Part shown: in pieces, positions 27,782 to 36,285 of the stretch | Position numbering within the stretch: position 1 is the stretch's first letter | Layout of the letters: each line of letters begins with the position of its first letter | IMG/VR virus record: IMGVR_UViG_3300026299_000059 | Location: 1-37,717 of that record | Strand: one strand, 5' to 3' | DNA length: 37,717 bases | DNA from: a virus | Lineage: Duplodnaviria > Caudoviricetes | Made by a program: the position numbers and the translations under genes | The notes under the pieces: generated by a model | Told to the model about the DNA's origin: nothing | Database searches by the model: none | The model's input: only the letters and a program-made list of their open reading frames with translations

Positions 27782-28417
27782 CTACGGAAGGTCTCCGAAT
27801 AGACCGACTTGCTCATAATCTTTTTTAATTAAAATTTTTCCAAGTGCACAATTAAGAACGTGAAGTCCTAACTCCGAATTAACAGCGTTTCTATCTTCTA
27901 AACTTTTATCGTGAGCGTGTTTTCCAGTTCCTACATATTGCTTCATCATTGTTCCTATTTCGTTCTTTGGCATTTCAATTACGGGTATCTTAAAGTTACT
28001 CCAGATAAAATGCCTACCAATTTTAGTATATTGTGGCAAAAAAGGTTCGTAAAACGGTATCACATTTTCAACCATCCAAAGCCCTTTAAAAAATTGGTTT
28101 AAGAATATTATCTCTTGCCACAATTTCATATCGGGGTATGTAGGTACTTTTCTTATTACTTGAGTAAAGTAATTTGTTCTGCTATGAGTAGGGCAAGGTG
28201 GCGAACTCCAAATGATATTAAACCGCTTGTAATTGTGCAATAAGTATTCGTGTGCATCGGCTACAATTACAATATCATTTGGGTATCGTCTTTGATATTC
28301 AGCAGCAACTTTAGCATTTATTTCAACGGCTGTAATTTCGTATTCATCGCCCCAAAGCTCTCGGTTCCCACCAATGCCACAATACAAGTTCAATATTTTT
28401 ATTTTTTCTTTTTCCAA
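27782..28417 (-). CDS. Cassette 3: short C5-cytosine DNA methyltransferase-like protein
   Basis: Motif I LYCGIGG, motif IV SPPC, motif VI ENV. Confidence 0.8.
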   Translation of the reverse strand: MEKEKIKILNLYCGIGGNRELWGDEYEITAVEINAKVAAEYQRRYPNDIVIVADAHEYLLHNYKRFNIIWSSPPCPTHSRTNYFTQVIRKVPTYPDMKLWQEIIFLNQFFKGLWMVENVIPFYEPFLPQYTKIGRHFIWSNFKIPVIEMPKNEIGTMMKQYVGTGKHAHDKSLEDRNAVNSELGLHVLNCALGKILIKKDYEQVGLFGDLP

Positions 28418-28493
28418 GGCTTTATATATTTTAATTAAAAAAGGTTTCGTGTTCCAATTTAAGTTTTGTGCTAACCAACCGCAGCCAGCTTAT

Positions 28494-28617
28494 AACACAG
28501 GTTTTGCAATACCGTGCTTGAATGTTTCAATTGGACTATTTTTCATATTAATTTAGTTTTTTGTTAGTATTAATTTTCGTTTTCTTTAGGCACGGCATCG
28601 CAAAGCCTTTTAACGTT
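28494..28617. repeat. attC-like hairpin 3
   Basis: AAC-AC-AGGTTTTGCAATACCGTGC...GCACGGCATCGCAAAGCCT-TTTAAC-GTT. Confidence 0.8.
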
Positions 28618-28619
28618 AT

Positions 28620-29114
28620 CTACAATTTTTCTCCCAACAATGTTGCTAACTTTTCAACTAATTGAAAGAATCGAACTCGCACATTTTCAGCGTTGAATTT
28701 ATCTTGCGACCAAAAAGAAGATTGAAGCATCCCCACAATTCTAAATGCGTTATATTCATCTTGAACATCTTCGATTGTCAATATTTCTTCTTCTAAATAT
28801 TTTAATTCGTCATCTAACCAAGTCAAATATTTATTTAAAGGCTTTCCGCATTGTTCGCAAACCTCAAATGAATCGTGGTCGCCATCATTACAAGAATATT
28901 CTCTTTTTAAACGAGTGTGTTTTGGCAATGATTTTCTTAATTCTTTCATTCCTAATTCCATACACTTATCATTCTGACAATACCAATAAGATAACAAATC
29001 GTCTTTATTTGAAAGGATTGCTCCTTTAATTTGGTCATATTCTAATTTGTCAAAAGGTTGAACCAATGAGGTAACCTTCTCAACTTTTTCTTGTTCTATT
29101 ATTGATAATTCCAT
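28620..29114 (-). CDS. Cassette 4: hypothetical Cys-containing protein
   Basis: ATG at 29114; YCQNDKC and CEQCGKPL. Confidence 0.65.
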   Translation of the reverse strand: MELSIIEQEKVEKVTSLVQPFDKLEYDQIKGAILSNKDDLLSYWYCQNDKCMELGMKELRKSLPKHTRLKREYSCNDGDHDSFEVCEQCGKPLNKYLTWLDDELKYLEEEILTIEDVQDEYNAFRIVGMLQSSFWSQDKFNAENVRVRFFQLVEKLATLLGEKL

Positions 29115-29140
29115 TTTATAATATTTAAAAAACTGTAGAT

Positions 29141-29229
29141 AACATAAGATTGGCAAAAGTGCTACTGAAAGGCTTCGGCTCGAAATTCAGTGCCTGAATT
29201 GTCGCACCTTCGCCAATCTTCGGAACGTT
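29141..29229. repeat. attC-like hairpin 4
   Basis: AAC-AT-AAGATTGGCAAAAGTGC...GCACCTTCGCCAATCTT-CGGAAC-GTT. Confidence 0.8.
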
Positions 29230-29241
29230 ATCTGTAACCGA

Positions 29242-29568
29242 TTAAAAACGCTGTGCTATTAAGAATTTACTTTCTTTAATTTCACCTTTTGTAAATTCTT
29301 TTTTAAACTTTTTAATCGTTATATTTTCTAAATATATTTTACATTCTTCAAAACTATCAAACCTTAATGCTGACCTATCAACATCTTCTTTATTTGCCAT
29401 ATAACCCATTGCACCAACTATTAGATTTTTAAATATTAAAAAAGAATCAGTGCCAAAATTCCCAATGAATGATAAGCCAATTTTAAATTTGTTTTCTTCT
29501 TCAAAAATGACTATTCTAAAAAAATCGTTTATTGGTTCAATTTCATATTCTATGCGTTTTATTTTCAT
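29242..29568 (-). CDS. Cassette 5: AT-rich hypothetical protein
   Basis: ORF 108 aa filling the cassette. Confidence 0.6.
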   Translation of the reverse strand: MKIKRIEYEIEPINDFFRIVIFEEENKFKIGLSFIGNFGTDSFLIFKNLIVGAMGYMANKEDVDRSALRFDSFEECKIYLENITIKKFKKEFTKGEIKESKFLIAQRF

Positions 29569-29592
29569 TTTTTATAATTTTCGGCTACAGAT

Positions 29593-29686
29593 AACACTGC
29601 ATTTGCAAGACGTGGTGGAATGTTTAGTTTTGTTTTAGTAGCACTTGCGAGCAATCAAGCCACGCCTCGCAAGATGCTTTGCCGTT
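29593..29686. repeat. attC-like hairpin 5
   Basis: AAC-ACT-GCATTTGCAAGACGTGG...CCACGCCTCGCAAGATGC-TTTGCC-GTT. Confidence 0.75.
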
Positions 29687-30302
29687 ATAAGCAATAATTT
29701 TTCGCCATTTCTTTATTTTTTATCTTTATGCTGTTTTTAACCTCGTTTCCAAAAACATCCCAACCTTCAGTTTCGTGTCTTGCAAACATTTCTAACTTGT
29801 TTCCTGCAGGTGTTATACTTTCAATTAATTCTCTGAATATTTCAGGTTTTTTAGAATGACAAGGGAAACCATTTACATAAGGTCTTTTCGCTTCAATAAC
29901 ACTTTCGGGAATGTTTCCCAACGCTTTCAAATTTCCTCGTCTGCAGAACATTAAAAATTCAGAAGTTATTCTAACAACACCGCCTAAACCACCGCCCATT
30001 CTTTTCTTTTTCCAAGTGATACAGGCAACATAGCGAAATCCCCAACTTTCAATAATTTTTTGAGCGTTAAAAAGGTGTTTATTGGTTACCCAAAAGAAAA
30101 GAAATGCATTTTTTTCGGAAATTGATTTTACATCCAAATTTGCAATTTCATCAACCGTCATTGTATCATAAGGCAAATCGTCAGAAATTACAGTATCGCT
30201 ATTCCAAATCTGTTTTCCGTTTTCAACTCGGTAATCAGAAAGTTTCCTACCTGCTTTTTGTTTCCAAGGACAATCCACATAAATCAAATTATATTTTTTC
30301 AT
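29685..30302 (-). CDS. Cassette 6: MT-A70 family adenine methyltransferase
   Basis: YVDCPW (DPPW variant), FFWVTN, HSKKP, LEMFAR, GWDVFGNE; stop TAA in the core at 29685. Confidence 0.85.
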   Translation of the reverse strand: MKKYNLIYVDCPWKQKAGRKLSDYRVENGKQIWNSDTVISDDLPYDTMTVDEIANLDVKSISEKNAFLFFWVTNKHLFNAQKIIESWGFRYVACITWKKKRMGGGLGGVVRITSEFLMFCRRGNLKALGNIPESVIEAKRPYVNGFPCHSKKPEIFRELIESITPAGNKLEMFARHETEGWDVFGNEVKNSIKIKNKEMAKNYCL

Positions 30303-30367
30303 AAATTTTCTGTTTAAGTTTTGGCTTTTCAAGCCAATTTGCCAACGCTAAAAAAACTACATCACAT

Positions 30368-30492
30368 AACATCAGTTTGGCGCAATGCGGCATTGAATTT
30401 TTCAAATTCAAGCCGATTGCTTCTTTCGACTTTCAGTCTTTGTAGAACTTTCGGAACTTCTCCGCCGCACTGACGCCAAGCCGTGAACCGTT
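30368..30492. repeat. attC-like hairpin 6
   Basis: AAC-ATC-AGTTTGGCGCAATGCGGC...GCCGCACTGACGCCAAGC-CGTGAACC-GTT. Confidence 0.75.
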
Positions 30493-30505
30493 ATACTTCT
30501 TTTGT

Positions 30506-30572
30506 TTCTCCGGAAGGATTCGAACCTTCTCAAAACCTTTTCCCGACTGATTACGGTAATTTTTACGGAGAA
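30506..30572 (-). ncRNA. tRNA-like mini-structure (acceptor stem plus T-arm, no clear D/anticodon arms)
   Basis: TTCTCCG/CGGAGAA 7-bp stem stacked on GAAGG-TTCGAAT-CCTTC. Confidence 0.55.
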
Positions 30573-30594
30573 CCGCCGTCTTTCCGGCTGTCAA

Positions 30595-30699
30595 TCAATC
30601 ACCCATAAATCCGTCGGCAATTCCAATCATGATCACGGTAAGGAAAACGCCGATAATTATCCCTAAACCGAATACGCCGATCAATAGCAAAGCTTCCAT
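30595..30699 (-). CDS. 34-aa single-TM peptide (MEALLLIGVFGLGIIIGVFLTVIMIGIADGFMGD)
   Basis: Translated by hand; TAATG coupling to the upstream gene. Confidence 0.6.
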   Translation of the reverse strand: MEALLLIGVFGLGIIIGVFLTVIMIGIADGFMGD

Positions 30700-31361
30700 T
30701 ACAGCGCAGAGAAATTAAGTTCCAACTTTTGATATTTGCCGCTTTCCTGGTCCAAAATCTCAAAATCGTACTGCCATCCTTTTAAGAGGCTGCTGTAAGA
30801 TTCTTTAATAAGGTGAAGCCCTTCCTTCCAACGTGAATCATCGAACTTGTCTTCATGTTGCAGCAGGTTCATTACAGACGAGTATTCCAAATCGCCTTTT
30901 TTGTTTTTCACCAAGAAACCCATCAGGATTTCAAACATTTTCTGGTCACGCTTTTTCACAAAATCATTCAGGAAGGCGTGGATTAATTCCAAGGCTTTCG
31001 TACTTCTTTCATCCCAAATGGGTTGGGTGTCTCTACGGCGTTTGATTTTCAATTTTTTATCAGTGGAAACCAAAGTATAACCGCCTTTTGAATTGGTGCG
31101 GATGTCGCCGTATTCGTTGAGCTTTTGGTGGTGCGCCTCCAATTTTTGGTGCGCCATGCTTTTCAGCCGTTCCAAAATTTTGCTTGCCTCCTGTGCGGTT
31201 TCGCACATTACCGCCATGTCTAAATCTTTTCCGGCTTCATATTCTTTTCGCTCTTTTTCTTTGGCTTCACGCTGTTTTTTCTGTTGGTACTGCATCACCT
31301 GTTGAAGCTCTTCCGGTGACAAATCCTGCACGGATTTTTTAAGCAAGTCTTCTATTTTCAT
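30699..31361 (-). CDS. DUF3164-like protein (Mu gam position)
   Basis: Helical; DSRWKEGLHLIKES and LELNFSAL C-terminus. Confidence 0.7.
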   Translation of the reverse strand: MKIEDLLKKSVQDLSPEELQQVMQYQQKKQREAKEKERKEYEAGKDLDMAVMCETAQEASKILERLKSMAHQKLEAHHQKLNEYGDIRTNSKGGYTLVSTDKKLKIKRRRDTQPIWDERSTKALELIHAFLNDFVKKRDQKMFEILMGFLVKNKKGDLEYSSVMNLLQHEDKFDDSRWKEGLHLIKESYSSLLKGWQYDFEILDQESGKYQKLELNFSAL

Positions 31362-31528
31362 AGGATGTTATTTTTAATGGTTAATTGTCGTTTCTGTTCT
31401 CTCAATTCTTTCAGCTTGTCGTGCAGTTGGTCGTATTCCTGCTGATTTTCTGCATCGTTCATTTTCTGCTGAACCTCCAAAATCATTTGGTCGAGTTCCT
31501 GTTCTGTGGGTGGGAAGAATTCACTCAT
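31358..31528 (-). CDS. 56-aa coiled-coil protein (MSEFFPPTEQELDQ...)
   Basis: Translated by hand; overlaps both neighbours. Confidence 0.6.
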   Translation of the reverse strand: MSEFFPPTEQELDQMILEVQQKMNDAENQQEYDQLHDKLKELREQKRQLTIKNNIL

Positions 31529-31772
31529 TTTTTAATTTTTTGCTTTGAAAAAGTGCGTCATATTTAATTTCGGTCCCGGTGTTACTTTTTAAATAAACAT
31601 CATCATCTTTTCTTATTTCATTGAAATACTCCTCCGCACTTTCCATCGCATCTTTATAATTTGCTGCGAAAATCAAAAAGTTTAAACCAAAACTTCTATA
31701 TCTAATCTTTCTAACATGATCGGGTTTCCTTCCAATCGTTATGTGCATTCTAAAAAGTTTTCTTTTACTCAT
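31521..31772 (-). CDS. Hypothetical protein
   Basis: ORF in operon context. Confidence 0.55.
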   Translation of the reverse strand: MSKRKLFRMHITIGRKPDHVRKIRYRSFGLNFLIFAANYKDAMESAEEYFNEIRKDDDVYLKSNTGTEIKYDALFQSKKLKNE

Positions 31773-31774
31773 AT

Positions 31775-32074
31775 CTATAATTTTAAAATTGATTCCGTTA
31801 CTTGCGGATAGGTTTCCGGATATTCTGTGAGCGGTCTTAAATCGCCGTTGTGGTCTTCAAAATAAAGTTGGTCTTTATCGAATTCCGGGTATTTCATGAA
31901 TGGCGAGTTCCAATCGTGGCTCATAATCCAATTGGCGTAATTCCAAATATTGTCGGTGTATTTTTGTCCGTTGTGAAGCGAGATTCTTTCAGCCACATTC
32001 AAAAATTTATAAATGCTGTCTAAAGCGAGAACTTCCTGTGCAACGGTGCGATTTTCGTCGGTGTATCTTTTCAT
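31775..32074 (-). CDS. Hypothetical protein
   Basis: ORF in operon context. Confidence 0.6.
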   Translation of the reverse strand: MKRYTDENRTVAQEVLALDSIYKFLNVAERISLHNGQKYTDNIWNYANWIMSHDWNSPFMKYPEFDKDQLYFEDHNGDLRPLTEYPETYPQVTESILKL

Positions 32075-32084
32075 TTTTTTTAGT

Positions 32085-32702
32085 TTAGTCTGTTCCCCAA
32101 TATTTTAGTGCGCCTTCTTCCCAAATAACATATTCACCGCCATTTCTGCCTATATATCTTCCTTTGCTAAAGGCTTTGAAACCTTCTACCCAAATTTTCA
32201 AACTCGCATCGTACATTACTCGGAGTGCGGCTTTTCCGATCGGGTTTTTTCCTTCGCACTGGCTGTTGTAGATGAACAACTTTTTTGGATATTTTTTTTT
32301 GAGTTTCAAATAATCGTTGAAGGTCATCATCGTATATTGCCAAGTGTCTATTACTACTACATCTGCGCTTTGCCTTTTTTCTAACCGTGCATCCAGTTCC
32401 TCCATACTTTCGCAAATGACTTGAACCTTTTTCTTGCAATCCTGCATTTTATTTGTAATCCACGCCTCCTGCATGGTGTGTGCTGCGCCTTCTTCCAATG
32501 AGTTATAAAGTACTCGCTTGTGGTTGGCAATCTCTTTTATCAGTTGTAGCGGGAAACTTGTTTTTCCGTTGGTGGAGTTTCCGTAGATAAACCAAGTCCC
32601 GGAGGTTTCCGGTTTGGAAAACGCTTCCAAAAATTCGCCGGTAAAGTCAAAGAGCTCATATTTTTTTGCTAACAGGTCTGATGAGGAGAGGGCTTTGTTC
32701 AT
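32085..32702 (-). CDS. RecA/KaiC-like P-loop ATPase
   Basis: GNSTNGKT Walker A, YNSLEE, VVVIDT Walker B. Confidence 0.75.
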   Translation of the reverse strand: MNKALSSSDLLAKKYELFDFTGEFLEAFSKPETSGTWFIYGNSTNGKTSFPLQLIKEIANHKRVLYNSLEEGAAHTMQEAWITNKMQDCKKKVQVICESMEELDARLEKRQSADVVVIDTWQYTMMTFNDYLKLKKKYPKKLFIYNSQCEGKNPIGKAALRVMYDASLKIWVEGFKAFSKGRYIGRNGGEYVIWEEGALKYWGTD

Positions 32703-32882
32703 TTCAATTTCAATACTTTATCTAGTCTTTCGCCTGCGGCATCTAACACTTTTATTTTTTGTTGTATTTTTTCGGAATTTGCTATTTTGCATTTTGTTTG
32801 GGCAAGTTCTGCTCTAATACGGTTGCATAATCATTAGTGGCTAAAATCAGCAAGTCCAAACTTTGTAAAATCACCTCTTCCA

Positions 32883-33830
32883 TTAATTCAATTTTGGTAG
32901 GTTCAACACTTTTCGTACAAGCTCTTCTGTGAGTGGTTCGCCAAGTCTGTCGGCTTCTCGCATCGACGGAACCAACACATCGTGAAGCTCGCCGTAATTG
33001 TCGCATTCGCGTTGCAAAAATTTCTTTAAATCTTTGTCTTTGATGTCATTTAAAAACTCATTAAAGCGCGTATCAATGCTTTTTAATCGTCGGATTCCGT
33101 ATTTTACCCGGCGATAAAACTGTGGCATTCCCGGACTGTTTTTCTTTTTCAGTTTGTCGAGTTTGTAATCCAACTGGTCGGTTCCAATCAGTACAAGTCC
33201 GCATTTTTTATTTAGGTGGTCGTGCAATTCTTTGATGTTGCACAATGTGCTTTGCTTCATGTATTCTGCCTCGTCGAAAATTACAATAGGATTTCTTCCG
33301 TTCAGTCTTAGGCGTTGCAGTTCCTTTATGATGGACGATATTTTTCTGCTTTTGCTGTGGGTTTGTGGAATTTTGAGTGCGTCGCAAAGTTTATCCAAAA
33401 GGTCAACAATGGTGTCCATAGAACCGACCGTAATTTTGAAATTATCCTTTGGATTTTCACGGATGAAAACATCGGAAACGTATGTTTTTCCGCATCCGGT
33501 TTCACCGATGATGATATTGGTGTAGCCGTACAATTTGGCGTCTTCCAAAGTGGCGAACATTTGTAAAGCCTGTGGTGTTTGTTTGAATTTCCAATAATCT
33601 ATATTTCCGGAAATATTTAGACCAATGGCATCAGCTATGATTCTGAAATATTTATCATCAATAGTTACTTCCTTATCATCTACTGGAACAAAGTATTGTC
33701 CACGGCGCATGTATGAAATATAGTTAGCGGGAATTTTATATTTTGTGGCAAATTCATTGGCAGAAAAACCATTGTCATCCATCCACGCTTCCAGCGCATT
33801 CATCACATTTTCTTTAGTTGCTTTAGTCAT
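32883..33830 (-). CDS. MuB-like transposition AAA+ ATPase
   Basis: N-terminal HTH, GETGCGKT, IVIFDEAE, GLVLIGT; follows the transposase. Confidence 0.85.
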   Translation of the reverse strand: MTKATKENVMNALEAWMDDNGFSANEFATKYKIPANYISYMRRGQYFVPVDDKEVTIDDKYFRIIADAIGLNISGNIDYWKFKQTPQALQMFATLEDAKLYGYTNIIIGETGCGKTYVSDVFIRENPKDNFKITVGSMDTIVDLLDKLCDALKIPQTHSKSRKISSIIKELQRLRLNGRNPIVIFDEAEYMKQSTLCNIKELHDHLNKKCGLVLIGTDQLDYKLDKLKKKNSPGMPQFYRRVKYGIRRLKSIDTRFNEFLNDIKDKDLKKFLQRECDNYGELHDVLVPSMREADRLGEPLTEELVRKVLNLPKLN

Positions 33831-35853
33831 TATCAAAATATTTATTAAGATTTACTTTTTGTTTCAGATAGTCCTCGTGTTCGTCGTTCCAATCATTTTC
33901 ACGCTTTTGTTGCTCTTTGGCTTCCGATTTTTCGGCAATTTTTTTCGCCTGTTTTTGGTTAGTGCCGTTGCGTTCGTCTTTGTGATGACCTGTGCTGTTG
34001 GTGAGCAAAATTTTATCAAGCGTAGGATCAATTTCTTTAATGTCGTTTATTACGTCTTTCAAAACTTTGGCGTCCTCTGCATATTCATTCATAATTTCAT
34101 TCATTGCCAATCGGTTGAAAGTTTGCACACGCTTCAGTTGGTTTTTGTCTTCAAATTGTTGAGAATATAAATCCATTGCCGGCTCATATTTTTCCTCAAG
34201 CATAAATGACAAACCCTTCTGCGGATTGTGAGCCAAAACGCGGCTCATATTTTCCGGTGCAAAGAATATTTCCCAATCCAAATCTGTATGCCTTCTGAAA
34301 TTGAGGTCGAAAGAATCGTAAGTGTACCCAATTTTGTGAATCTCGAATTCAATACCTACACCTCTGTGTTTGGTTGTTTTTTGTTTTTTAATGCCTAGAT
34401 TTTTATAAAAATCCGTTTCGCTCAATAAGGTTTTCAAATCATCAGGAGCAGTTTCGTAAGCCGCTTTATAATCTTCCAAAGCATCGGCACGCGCTTTTTC
34501 TATGAGTGTAAATAATTGCTGATATGCCTGCTCCTCTGTCGGAAATTGTTTTTTTGTGGCAGATAAATAATCCTGATTTGGTTGGTTTTTTGCTTTCACA
34601 CCGTAACCGCTCCAATTTGGTTCAGGACGACAATATTTTTTATTAAAAGTGTTGAACCAGGGCTCAATAATTTTTGCCTGTGCATTACCAACCGTAGTTG
34701 GAATGAAATTTTTTGCAACCGCTCTATAAATTGGGAACATTATTCCTTTAGCATAGTTGTCCGCCTGTATCTGATACACTTTGTGTTTGAAACCAAACAA
34801 TTCCTCGGTATGAAGTACAGCGTTTCTTAAAGCGGCTTTTATAAGTTCTGTATTTTCCTGTTCACCAATCGCGTAACCAACAGGATATTTTGTGGCGGCA
34901 TCCAAAACAACTTCCAACGTGAGGCGATTGTGATACGTTGTTTTACCGTTTTCAAATTTTTGGTATAATAGTTCCGCTTTCCAACCATCGAGCGTCCAAT
35001 AAGCCATTGGATGTTGTGGAGCGCGACGCTTGATCTGCATTTTGTATTTTTTGTTGAACTCTTTTTTACCACCGGTAAAAGAATCCACGGTAAGCGCAAA
35101 TTTTTTCTTATAATTTCCAACAGTTCCTGCGGAAATGGCTTCCCAACCCATTGCATCTGCAAAAACATTGTATTGCGCTGCAATATGCTCGTTGTCGAAC
35201 GATTGGTATTGTCTTAAAAGTTTCCTCAATACCGCCTCCTGTTTTTCATCCACAATTTTTGCAGCATTCTGAGAAAGGAATTTATCTGAAATCAAATATT
35301 CATAACCGTTTTTCTGAAATCCTTCAAGTTTTTCCTTCAATCGTCTTGAGGTTCCCGGTAATTTATGACCGGTTTGTTCCTTCACTTCGGAAACGGCTTT
35401 TGCGGCATCGTCCCAAACTTTGGTAATGGAACCGCCTCGCGACTTGCGAAACATCTTCATTTCTTTAATATAAATATCCAAAGCGTGTAGCATTTGGGCA
35501 TCGGCGCAGTACTGTTCCTGATGCTCAGGAGATAATGTTCGGTATTCATCTATTTTGTAGGTAGCGAAATAATCAACCGCTTCGTAATCAGTTTTGAAAT
35601 GTTTTAAAATCTGATGTTGCACCTGCTTTTTTGGTGGATAACCCAATACTTTTACAACTTCCACGCGGAAACGCTCCGGTAATGTTTCAAATTCCACCAA
35701 CGCATAATTACCAAGACCTTTGCCTTCGCGTGCGCGGCGGATTTTTCCCGATGTGCAATGCCAGTTGTAATTGGCTTTGCTCATAATGTCGAATTCCTCA
35801 TAGAGAACTCGAGCCGGAACGGTTAAAACATTATTGTGAAACTCGTAAGCCAT
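33823..35853 (-). CDS. MuA-like DDE transposase
   Basis: WTLDG (D), QADN (D), AKIIEPWF (E); 676 aa. Confidence 0.9.
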   Translation of the reverse strand: MAYEFHNNVLTVPARVLYEEFDIMSKANYNWHCTSGKIRRAREGKGLGNYALVEFETLPERFRVEVVKVLGYPPKKQVQHQILKHFKTDYEAVDYFATYKIDEYRTLSPEHQEQYCADAQMLHALDIYIKEMKMFRKSRGGSITKVWDDAAKAVSEVKEQTGHKLPGTSRRLKEKLEGFQKNGYEYLISDKFLSQNAAKIVDEKQEAVLRKLLRQYQSFDNEHIAAQYNVFADAMGWEAISAGTVGNYKKKFALTVDSFTGGKKEFNKKYKMQIKRRAPQHPMAYWTLDGWKAELLYQKFENGKTTYHNRLTLEVVLDAATKYPVGYAIGEQENTELIKAALRNAVLHTEELFGFKHKVYQIQADNYAKGIMFPIYRAVAKNFIPTTVGNAQAKIIEPWFNTFNKKYCRPEPNWSGYGVKAKNQPNQDYLSATKKQFPTEEQAYQQLFTLIEKARADALEDYKAAYETAPDDLKTLLSETDFYKNLGIKKQKTTKHRGVGIEFEIHKIGYTYDSFDLNFRRHTDLDWEIFFAPENMSRVLAHNPQKGLSFMLEEKYEPAMDLYSQQFEDKNQLKRVQTFNRLAMNEIMNEYAEDAKVLKDVINDIKEIDPTLDKILLTNSTGHHKDERNGTNQKQAKKIAEKSEAKEQQKRENDWNDEHEDYLKQKVNLNKYFDND

Positions 35854-35855
35854 TT

Positions 35856-35981
35856 TTAGAAATTAAAATCGTTTCTGTAATTCCATAAAAAATTGAACTT
35901 GCCAAAAATTGTAATGTGATAACAATATTTGATAAGGCAACCTGAAAGAATCGTTAAGTGAGTTGTTGAAATCGGTTTCAT
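35856..35981 (-). CDS. 41-aa hypothetical protein
   Basis: Translated by hand; fills the gap between the cro-like gene and transposase. Confidence 0.4.
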   Translation of the reverse strand: MKPISTTHLTILSGCLIKYCYHITIFGKFNFLWNYRNDFNF

Positions 35982-35992
35982 AATTCTAAATT

Positions 35993-36193
35993 TTAAAGTT
36001 TTTCGTCCGTTAGAACTTCCTCCTGAATCTTTTTCAGCCCTTCTATTAATTTTTGTTCACATTCCAATATTTTTTGATACTTATCTGCTGGAGACTTTCT
36101 CGTCTTAATAGAGGAGACTGTTGAAACAGGAAGGTTTAATGTTCTTGCAACATCGCTTATAGAAATTTTAATTTTTTTATTGTCGGTTTGCAT
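35993..36193 (-). CDS. Cro/Ner-like HTH regulator
   Basis: SISDVARTLNLPVSTVSSI HTH; divergent from repressor. Confidence 0.75.
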   Translation of the reverse strand: MQTDNKKIKISISDVARTLNLPVSTVSSIKTRKSPADKYQKILECEQKLIEGLKKIQEEVLTDEKL

Positions 36194-36201
36194 AATGTTT
36201 C

Positions 36202-36285
36202 TACCTTTGCGTTAAATATTTACGCAAATATACAAACAAGTTTGAAAAATGCAAACAAATTTGAAAAATAATTCAAACTTCTTTG
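36202..36285. promoter_or_regulatory. Lysis/lysogeny switch: overlapping promoters and CAAAC-NN-GTTTG operators
   Basis: TACCTTTG (+, 36202) and TATATTTG (-, 36225-36232); operator-like boxes at 36233, 36252, 36274 (and 36430). Confidence 0.65.

Larger units (their letters stand above)
26797..30492. mobile_element. Integron-like array of six gene cassettes with attC-like hairpins
   Basis: GTTAT cores at 26797, 27246, 27767, 28615, 29227, 29684, 30490; ATAAC inverse cores ending 27128, 27649, 28496, 29143, 29595, 30370. Confidence 0.8.

Noticed and set aside
26797..30492. CRISPR array or simple terminators as an explanation for the repeats
   Set aside because: Units are not identical direct repeats, the intervening DNA is whole genes, there are no U-tracts, and cassette-specific end complementarity is not explained.
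30506..30572. Bona fide tRNA gene or tRNA integration site
   Set aside because: No D arm, anticodon arm or CCA; the phage integrates by transposition.
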